From an uncultured bacterium (GTDB taxonomy: Bacteria; Oederibacteriota; PGYV01; CAWJRG01): 64,000 nt of DNA. A program made the position numbers and the translations under genes. Under the pieces are notes generated by a model that made no database searches, had not been told where the DNA came from, and was given only the letters and a program-made list of their open reading frames with translations. How positions within the stretch are numbered: position 1 is the stretch's first letter; every line of letters starts with the position of its first letter. Positions 56,155 through 64,000 of this stretch are shown here, one piece after another. The stretch lies in contig CAWJRG010000005.1 of the NCBI GenBank assembly GCA_963845185.1, forward strand, positions 512,001-576,000, in the 5' to 3' direction.

Positions 56155-57615
56155 TTGAAAAATACTTACGATATTATAATCATAGGTTCAGGCATAGTAG
56201 GCTCTTTGATAGCCCGCTATTTGTCCCGCTACGACATATCAGTGCTCGTCGTTGAAAAAGAAATCGACGTTGGCATGTGCCCCTCCTCTGCCAACTCAGC
56301 TATCATCCACTCCGGTTTTGACCCAAAGCCCAGCACAGTAAAAGCAAAAATGAATGCCACTGGCAACAAGCTGTGGTATTCCCTTGCGCCAGAGCTTGGC
56401 ATTGTTTTCAAGCAGACCGGCAGTTATGTCGTATCTATCGGCGAAGCAGAATTCAAGCGCCTGCCCGAGCTTTTAGAGCGCGGCAAGCTAAACAATGTGC
56501 CTGGCGTGGAAATAATAAACCGTGACGAACTGCTGCGGCGCGAGTCATTGATAAATCCCGAAACATCAGGCGCACTCTGGGCACCGAGCGCGGCAGTTAT
56601 TGACCCTTTTGGTGCCACGCTTGCCGCTGCTGAAAATGCGGTTATAAACGGCGTTAAATACATGTTCGAGACCGAATTCAAAGAATTTATTTTTGAAGGC
56701 ACCAAAGTCATAGGCATAAAAACAAATAACGGTGATTTTTATTCGCGCTGGGTCATAAACTCAGCCGGATTATACTCTGACAAGGTTGCGCATAAAGCAG
56801 GCGCACGAAAGGAATTCGAAATAATACCAAAAAAAGGCTGCTATCTTATTTTTGACGCTGCGAAATTCATAATAAACAGCGTGCTGTTCCAGCTTCCCAC
56901 CGAACAATCCAAGGGCATACTTGTCTCCACCACCACGCACGGCAATGTAATGATAGGCCCTGACAACGCACCTTGTGAGGGTAAGGACGACACCGCGACA
57001 ACAGCCGAGGGCCTTGAAAGAATCATACAGGGTGGAAAACGGCTTATCCCCTCCCTTGACCCGAGAAACACCATAGCCATGTACGCCGGTATAAGGGCAA
57101 CCGGCAACGGAAGCAGGGATTTTATAATTGAAATGCCCAAAGAAATCCCGGGTCTGCTGAATCTATGCGGCATTGAATCCCCGGGCTTTGCGTCCGCACC
57201 TGCAATAGCGCTCGAAGTAATAGAAATGCTCAAGAACGCCGGCGTGAAATTAAATGAAAAGAAAACCTGGAACCCTGTCCGCAAGCCATTCCCGCACTTC
57301 CACATGATGAAGCACGAAGAAAAGGAAAAACTTGTAAAATCAAACCCTGCGTACGGCAGGATAATGTGCAGGTGCGAGGAAATAACCGAAGGAGAAGTGC
57401 TTGACGCCATACATTCGCCTGTGCCTGCGCGCACCTATGACGGCATAAAAAGGCGGACATGGCTTGGAACTGGCCGCTGCCAGGGCGCTTTTGACTACCC
57501 GCGGGTGATAAGCATACTCGCCCGCGAGCTCGGCATACCCGAGACAGAGGTTACAAAAAAAGGTAAAGGCAGCGAACTGGTGTTTAGAAAAACCAAGGAC
57601 GTAACTTATGAATAA
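56155..57615 (+). CDS. FAD-dependent glycerol-3-phosphate dehydrogenase-like subunit with BFD-like [2Fe-2S] domain
   Basis: GSGIVG, SSANSAIIHSG, CRCE, GRCQG; follows glpK. Confidence 0.85.
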   Translation: MKNTYDIIIIGSGIVGSLIARYLSRYDISVLVVEKEIDVGMCPSSANSAIIHSGFDPKPSTVKAKMNATGNKLWYSLAPELGIVFKQTGSYVVSIGEAEFKRLPELLERGKLNNVPGVEIINRDELLRRESLINPETSGALWAPSAAVIDPFGATLAAAENAVINGVKYMFETEFKEFIFEGTKVIGIKTNNGDFYSRWVINSAGLYSDKVAHKAGARKEFEIIPKKGCYLIFDAAKFIINSVLFQLPTEQSKGILVSTTTHGNVMIGPDNAPCEGKDDTATTAEGLERIIQGGKRLIPSLDPRNTIAMYAGIRATGNGSRDFIIEMPKEIPGLLNLCGIESPGFASAPAIALEVIEMLKNAGVKLNEKKTWNPVRKPFPHFHMMKHEEKEKLVKSNPAYGRIMCRCEEITEGEVLDAIHSPVPARTYDGIKRRTWLGTGRCQGAFDYPRVISILARELGIPETEVTKKGKGSELVFRKTKDVTYE

Positions 57616-58924
57616 AGAATATGATGTAATAGTCATCGGCGCAGGGCCTGCAGGGCTTGCAGCCGCCATAGAAGCGAAAAAAACAGGCGCAAGCGCACTT
57701 ATAATAGAAAGGAACGACGAGCCCGGCGGCATACTTCCCCAGTGCATTCACAATGGTTTCGGCTCAGTACTTTTTAAAAAAGATTTGCCCGGGCCAAACT
57801 ACGCATGGAATTTCGTAGAGGAAGCTGAAAAATTCGGTGTTGAAATGCTGCTCGATACTTTTGTCCTTGATATTACCGACAATAAAACAGTGTATGCCAC
57901 AAACAGCCGCGAAGGTTTCCTTGAACTCAATGCAAAGGCAATTGTGCTTGCAATGGGCTGCAGGGAGCGAACAAGGGCGCAGATAAGGATACCTGGTGAC
58001 AGGCCGGCAGGCGTTTTTACCGCAGGCATGGTGCAGAGGCTGGTAAATATCGAGGGTTTTATGCCCGGCAAAAATTTCATAATACTTGGCTCAGGCGACA
58101 TAGGCATGATAATGGCTCGGCGGCTCACGATTGAAGGCGCAAAAGTAATTAAAGTAATCGAACTCATGCCTTACTTGACAGGGCTTCGCAGGAATTATGT
58201 GCAGTGTCTGCAGGATTTTGACATTCCCCTTTCCCTGTCCACCACAATAAAGAGAATAATCGGCAAAAAACGTGTCGGGGCAGTTGAGACAATAAAAGTT
58301 GACGACGGTTTGAGTCCAATCACCGGCACCGAAGAAACAGTCCCATGCGACAGCGTGCTTTTGTCTGTCGGCTTAATTCCGGAAAACGAGCTTTCAAAAA
58401 AAGTTGGCGTGTTGCTTGACCCTTTGACCGGAGGCCCTGTCGTGGATGAAAACATGGCAACGAGCGTGCCAGGAATATATGCAGCGGGTAATGTCGTCAC
58501 AATTTACGACCTTGTTGATTATGTCTCAAAAGCAGGCTTTATCGCAGGCAGAAACGCGGCTCTTTACGCTGCAGGCAAAACCCAGCCCGCGCAGTATGTT
58601 GAAATAAAGCCCGGCGACGGCATACGCTCGATCATGCCGCAGCGGCTAAGTAGAGACGGGGCTCTGTCCCTGTCTCAGCAGGAACCAAGACAGGCGCAAG
58701 GGCCTGTCTCTACGCAGGAAATACTCCTCGAACTGCGCGTTTCAAAGGAATTCCCCGAAAAAATATCAATAGACCTTATAGACCGGGACAAAACAGTGCA
58801 GTCTTTCAGGCAAAAATATGCCCGACCAGCTGAAATGATTACACTTAAAATAAACCCTCAGGAATTTGCGGCAAAGCTCTCGTCGGCCACGTCGGAAATC
58901 ACTGTACGAATAAAAGAGGTTTAA
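57608..58924 (+). CDS. NAD(P)/FAD-dependent oxidoreductase, partner subunit
   Basis: GAGPAG, GGILPQCIHNGFG, MGCRER, GSGDIGMIMARR. Confidence 0.88.
   Translation: MNKEYDVIVIGAGPAGLAAAIEAKKTGASALIIERNDEPGGILPQCIHNGFGSVLFKKDLPGPNYAWNFVEEAEKFGVEMLLDTFVLDITDNKTVYATNSREGFLELNAKAIVLAMGCRERTRAQIRIPGDRPAGVFTAGMVQRLVNIEGFMPGKNFIILGSGDIGMIMARRLTIEGAKVIKVIELMPYLTGLRRNYVQCLQDFDIPLSLSTTIKRIIGKKRVGAVETIKVDDGLSPITGTEETVPCDSVLLSVGLIPENELSKKVGVLLDPLTGGPVVDENMATSVPGIYAAGNVVTIYDLVDYVSKAGFIAGRNAALYAAGKTQPAQYVEIKPGDGIRSIMPQRLSRDGALSLSQQEPRQAQGPVSTQEILLELRVSKEFPEKISIDLIDRDKTVQSFRQKYARPAEMITLKINPQEFAAKLSSATSEITVRIKEV
58650..58713. repeat. GTAG-type REP doublet inside the coding sequence
   Basis: GTAGAGACGGGGC..GTCCCTGTCTC ... 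AGACAGGC..GCCTGTCTCTAC. Confidence 0.75.
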
Positions 58925-58927
58925 AAT

Positions 58928-59302
58928 ATGGAACGAAAATTCATCTGTATCCGCTGCCCCGAAGGCTGCGAAATTACCACAACCATTGACGGTTACGGCA
59001 ACGTAACTGACATAAAAGGCAACTCCTGCAAGCTCGGCATTGAGTATGTAAAAACCGAGGCAACAGACCCGCGCCGTACCCTGACAACCACGGTAAAAGT
59101 GGAGGGTGGAGCCTATCCCCTTTGCCCTGTCTGGAGCGAAAAACCCGTGCCAAAGGATAAAATAATGGATCTGGCAGTCGAACTCCGCAAAATCACTCTA
59201 AAAGCGCCTGTAAAGATCAACCAAATCGTGCTGGAGAACGCTTTAGGAATTGGCGTGAATATTATCGCTTCTTGTGATATAATTAGTATTGAAAAGAAAT
59301 AA
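58928..59302 (+). CDS. DUF1667 Cys-rich small subunit
   Basis: CIRCPEGC, GNSCKLG, PRRTLTTTV. Confidence 0.88.
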   Translation: MERKFICIRCPEGCEITTTIDGYGNVTDIKGNSCKLGIEYVKTEATDPRRTLTTTVKVEGGAYPLCPVWSEKPVPKDKIMDLAVELRKITLKAPVKINQIVLENALGIGVNIIASCDIISIEKK

Positions 59303-59310
59303 ATATTAAA

Positions 59311-59409
59311 GTACCACTTGTCCAAACCTACAGTCTGGACTTGAGCGGGTACAAGATAGCGTAATGTTTTGTCAGAGCCTGTTGACGTCTCGACAAAACA
59401 AACGCTATC
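59311..59409 (+). ncRNA. Leader motif A copy 3 (upstream of response regulator)
   Basis: GTACCACTTGTCCA..TGGACTTGAGCGGGTAC AA GATAGCGT AA TGTTTTGTC..GACAAAACA A ACGCTATC, then AGGAGG. Confidence 0.75.
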
Positions 59410-59426
59410 ATTAGGAGGGTAATAAC

Positions 59427-59828
59427 ATGGATAAAAAAACCATACTTGCAGTGGATGACGAACCAAATGTGCTTTCTGCAATCAAAGACACTTTAAATGA
59501 AAGATATAACGTAATCACGGCCAAAAACGGCAAAGAAGCCCTGAAGATGATAGACACCCACGCTCCTGACCTTATCATAATGGACGTGGTAATGCCTGAA
59601 ATGGACGGGCTTGAGGCAGTCAGGCGGCTGCACATGAAAAGCCCGTTTGGCCCTCCGGTCATTTTTTTAAGCGCAAAAACAGGAATCTCCGACGTGGAGC
59701 AGGGTTTGAAAGTCGGCGCGTTTGTTTACATGACAAAACCATTTTCGCCGTCACAGCTTGAAAAAAAAGTGGATGAAACTTTCGCAAGGATTGAAACAAG
59801 AAAGAAAATGCCGAAAAAGAACCCGTAA
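59427..59828 (+). CDS. Single-domain response regulator
   Basis: VDDE, MDVVMP, LSA, KPF. Confidence 0.92.
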   Translation: MDKKTILAVDDEPNVLSAIKDTLNERYNVITAKNGKEALKMIDTHAPDLIIMDVVMPEMDGLEAVRRLHMKSPFGPPVIFLSAKTGISDVEQGLKVGAFVYMTKPFSPSQLEKKVDETFARIETRKKMPKKNP

Positions 59829-59866
59829 ACTTCGCTTTTATTATTAACCCGCAAAAACTCCCAGTA

Positions 59867-60676
59867 TCATGCCTTTGCTTGCGGATGCGTCCTGTTGTAG
59901 CATGCCTGCACCAGCATTGGCAGCACTACCGCGTTTAAGGTTTGCATGGATAAAGAAGCGAATACTTTCGGCTTGTCGTTTTTTACCTTGTAAGTATACA
60001 CCCTGCCCTCGTAATACTGCGGTATATATATCTTGTCCGTCCACAGCACTTCTTCCCTGCCGCCGAATAGTTTCTTTTTTGAATAGCCGTTTTTTGACAA
60101 TTCAACGCTGCCTATTTTTACGGTTTTGCCGTATTCAAAAATTTCCTTCATGATTTTCGCCACAATAAACGGTTCAACATAAATTTTTGCAAATTCTATC
60201 ATTTTAAGATAAGCGTCCTGCAGTTTTTGATTGCCGATATAAAAAAATGATGCGAAATTTATGGAAATCTTTCCGTCTTCGCCTTTTATGCAGTATTTAA
60301 AGGTCTGCGATGTCGGGATAAGGTTGATTGTAATCTTCACGGTGTTATAAAAAATCCCGTTAATCCTGTTGTAATTGAGGATTGTCCCCCTGTATTCAAC
60401 GCTGTCCCTTTTAAATGTTAAAGGAGGCTTGCTCAGTACCAGCGGAACAAGAACAAACGGGTAAAAGCCTGCGTTTTGGTCAGGGCCCGTGCTTGTTTGC
60501 GGCGGCTGCCCTGAGTTATCAGTCTTTTTCCCCCGCAGAGAAATAAAAGTCATAATCGCGGCAAATGCCGCAAGCACAGCAGCTATGGCGATTGTTATTG
60601 CCTCGGTTTTTTTAAAAGCAAGAAAAGCTACAGCTAAAACTCCTATCCACAAAACGACAAGCTGGAATATGCTCAT
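59867..60676 (-). CDS. Hypothetical membrane-anchored protein
   Basis: Two N-terminal TMs, 269-aa ORF, purine-rich RBS. Confidence 0.7.
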   Translation of the reverse strand: MSIFQLVVLWIGVLAVAFLAFKKTEAITIAIAAVLAAFAAIMTFISLRGKKTDNSGQPPQTSTGPDQNAGFYPFVLVPLVLSKPPLTFKRDSVEYRGTILNYNRINGIFYNTVKITINLIPTSQTFKYCIKGEDGKISINFASFFYIGNQKLQDAYLKMIEFAKIYVEPFIVAKIMKEIFEYGKTVKIGSVELSKNGYSKKKLFGGREEVLWTDKIYIPQYYEGRVYTYKVKNDKPKVFASLSMQTLNAVVLPMLVQACYNRTHPQAKA

Positions 60677-60754
60677 TTTATTTTTCCTTTCCTGTTTTAT
60701 TATCAGCCTCTTTAATCATCCTGCAACCAAAAGTTACGGCATGCCTTTTTAAAA

Positions 60755-60940
60755 TTATTGTTCCCCTTCCTGCAAAATTTCAACCTGCACGTCCTTATCA
60801 ACCATATTCCTGAAATTTCTCGCTGCATTTTTGCCAAGCTCATAGTGCATCGGGATTGCCACGTTCGGTTTCATTTCGTTTATCATTGCCGCGGCCTGCT
60901 TGGGGATATCGCCGCTGCTTTTGAAATTAATAAGTGCCAT
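60755..60940 (-). pseudogene. C-terminal fragment of an MBL-fold (UPF0173-like) hydrolase
   Basis: AAAMINEMKPNVAIPMHY; the HxHxDH portion is absent. Confidence 0.6.
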
Positions 60941-60975
60941 TGTATTTTCTTCTCGTTTTGCTTTTTTCTTTTCAA

Positions 60976-61003
60976 TCTAAAATTTGCAGTCTAAAATCTA
61001 AAA
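60976..61003. repeat. TCTAAAA heptamer array downstream of xth
   Basis: tctaaaa tttgcag tctaaaa tctaaaa. Confidence 0.6.
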
Positions 61004-61765
61004 TTGTACTTCTATGCCTACAGGGCAATGGTCCGAGCCCATAACTTTGGCGAGTATAAAAGCATCTTTAAGGTTTTTTTTCATGTTATCGCTTATGTAA
61101 AAGTAGTCTATCCTCCAGCCCACGTTCCTTGCCCTTGCCCCGCTTTTAATGTCCCACCAGCTGTAATTGTTTGGTTCATTGTTGAACTCCCTGAACGTAT
61201 CGATAAAACCCATAGATAGGAATTTGTCTATCCAGGCGCGTTCTTCCGGTAAAAAACCGGAAACCTTGGAGTTTTCTTTCGGCCTTGCCAGGTCTATTTC
61301 CCTGTGCGCGGTGTTCACATCCCCGCATACTATGATTTTTTTGCCTTTGTTTTTCAGTTTGACGGCATAGTCAAGGAAAGCGCCGTAAAACTGCATTTTG
61401 TATTTTAGCCTGTCCGGCCCTGACTTGCCGTTTGGGAAATAAATGTTGAATAGCGTGAAATCCCTGTATTCGGCTATCTGTATCCTGCCCTCGATGTCGA
61501 ATTTTTTCACCCCAAACCCGGTTTTTATTTCAGCAGGTTTTTCTTTTAAAAACAGCGCCACCCCGCTGTAGCCTTTTTTGCCTTTGGATGATTCAAAATA
61601 GGAATTATAACCTTTGATATTTTTTATTTCATCCGGTACCTGGGATTCGTCGGCTTTTGTTTCCTGCACGCACAAAATATCCGGGCTGTCTTTAATGAGC
61701 CATTCCGTAAAGCCCTTTTTCGCTGCTGCCCTGATGCCGTTTACATTCCAGGATAGTATTCTCAT
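60998..61765 (-). CDS. xth: Exodeoxyribonuclease III
   Basis: SWNVNGIRA, QETK, GDVNTAH, GWRIDYF, SDHCP. Confidence 0.96.
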   Translation of the reverse strand: MRILSWNVNGIRAAAKKGFTEWLIKDSPDILCVQETKADESQVPDEIKNIKGYNSYFESSKGKKGYSGVALFLKEKPAEIKTGFGVKKFDIEGRIQIAEYRDFTLFNIYFPNGKSGPDRLKYKMQFYGAFLDYAVKLKNKGKKIIVCGDVNTAHREIDLARPKENSKVSGFLPEERAWIDKFLSMGFIDTFREFNNEPNNYSWWDIKSGARARNVGWRIDYFYISDNMKKNLKDAFILAKVMGSDHCPVGIEVQF

Positions 61766-61815
61766 ATTTCACCCTAAACTAGATTCAAAAGTCAAATCAA
61801 AATATATTTTTCTAA

Positions 61816-61843
61816 TCTAAAATCCAAAATCTAAATTCTAAAA
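61816..61843. repeat. TCTAAAA heptamer array upstream of xth
   Basis: tctaaaa tccaaaa tctaaat tctaaaa. Confidence 0.65.
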
Positions 61844-61845
61844 TA

Positions 61846-62595
61846 TTACTTCTTGGCCTTTCCCTGGTTTGCCACTGCTTCCATTGCCTTTTTGACTTCT
61901 TCAGGGTCACCGAGATAATAATTTTTTATTGGCTTTAAATTATTGTCAAGCTCGTAGACAAGCGGCATTCCAGTGGGTATGTTCAGGTGGACTATGTCCT
62001 GGTCAGAAATGTTGTCGAGGTATTTCACAAGAGCCCTTAATGAATTGCCATGGGCAGCAATCAGCACCCTTTTCCCCTTTTTAATTGTCGGCGCTATTTC
62101 TTTTTTCCAGAAAGGAAGAACCCTTGCCACAGTGTCTTTTAAACATTCCGTCAGAGGAACTTCGCTGGACTCTAATTCCTTGTACCTCGGGTCTTTTGCC
62201 GGGTTCCTCGGGTCGTCAGGCTCCAGCTTTGGCGGCGGCGTATCATAGCTTCTCCGCCATATCAAAACCTGCTCGTCTCCGTATTTCGCGGCTGTCTCTG
62301 CCTTGTTTAATCCCTGCAAAGCGCCGTAATGCCTTTCATTCAGCCTCCAGTTCCTTATCACGGGTATCCACATCAGGTCCATGCCGTCGAGCGTGAACCA
62401 CAGGGTCCTTATAGCCCTTTTTAAAACCGATGTGTAAGCAATGTCAAAAATAAAACCCGCGTCCTTTAAATAGTTCGGCGCCTTCTTTGCCTCTTCAATG
62501 CCTTTTTCCGACAGGTCGACATCTGTCCATCCTGTAAACCTATTTTCCTTGTTCCATGTGCTTTCTCCGTGCCTTAACAGTACGAGTTTATACAT
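61846..62595 (-). CDS. gpmA: 2,3-BPG-dependent phosphoglycerate mutase
   Basis: [29 protein letters not shown]. Confidence 0.97.
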   Translation of the reverse strand: MYKLVLLRHGESTWNKENRFTGWTDVDLSEKGIEEAKKAPNYLKDAGFIFDIAYTSVLKRAIRTLWFTLDGMDLMWIPVIRNWRLNERHYGALQGLNKAETAAKYGDEQVLIWRRSYDTPPPKLEPDDPRNPAKDPRYKELESSEVPLTECLKDTVARVLPFWKKEIAPTIKKGKRVLIAAHGNSLRALVKYLDNISDQDIVHLNIPTGMPLVYELDNNLKPIKNYYLGDPEEVKKAMEAVANQGKAKK

Positions 62596-62610
62596 TTTTT
62601 AACCTCCTTA

Positions 62611-62770
62611 GAGTCCGTTGATTTTGCCGAGCGTCAACAGGCAGTCAAATAGTCCTGTGGATTATTTGACGGGTAGTTTCCATAAGTTATCTAATATAAA
62701 AACTACCCAGCAAAATCTTACGGAGTCTTATACCCGCTCAAGTCCCGAACTTGTGAGGGACAAGCGGTAC
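62611..62770 (-). ncRNA. Leader motif A copy 4 (upstream of gpmA), element B inserted in hairpin 2
   Basis: GTACCGCTTGTCCC..GGGACTTGAGCGGGTAT AA GACTCCGT AA GATTTTGC..GCAAAATC A ACGGACTC, then AAGGAGG. Confidence 0.75.
62642..62710. mobile_element. Element B copy 2
   Basis: Near-identical to 40135-40204; CAG at both ends. Confidence 0.7.
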
Positions 62771-62777
62771 TAGTACT

Positions 62778-62829
62778 AAAAGAAAAGCCGCGCAATGAAA
62801 AATTAAATTTTCACAACGCGGCTTCCTTT
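62778..62829 (-). terminator. Intrinsic terminator after eno
   Basis: AAGCCGCG...CGCGGCTT stem followed by TTCTTTT on the minus strand. Confidence 0.75.
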
Positions 62830-62831
62830 AT

Positions 62832-64000
<1,169 letters not shown>

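Noticed and set aside
54619..59302. glpK plus three-gene oxidoreductase cluster as a novel system
   Set aside because: Known arrangement of glycerol kinase with GlpA-like, NAD(P)/FAD oxidoreductase and DUF1667 subunits in anaerobes.

Overview
Bacterial chromosomal segment, mostly minus-strand genes; no rRNA, tRNA, CRISPR array or transposase was seen. Left to right: the 5' part of a giant secreted Thr/Pro-linker multidomain protein (>1660 aa, absent from the ORF track); xerC-topA-dprA; a long minus-strand gene run (28426 to about 9828) containing a CheC/CheD-type chemosensory system with unusual members (MshEN-CheW fusion, HD-GYP phosphodiesterase, T-loop-divergent P-II, large TPR proteins, sensorless MCP, long FtsA-like ATPase); a sugar/prenyltransferase cluster; nadE, fadD; a frameshifted SufC/SufB (SMS-like) pair; a DUF2723-TPR glycosyltransferase; larE; a glpK/G3P dehydrogenase operon; xth, gpmA and partial eno. 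The most notable non-coding signal is a two-hairpin motif (A) with compensatory base changes found four times, each directly upstream of the RBS of fadD, glpK, a response regulator and gpmA. Several small palindromic elements also occur, nested inside other elements or inserted in-frame inside protein genes. All product calls are from motif recognition by eye, with no database searches.
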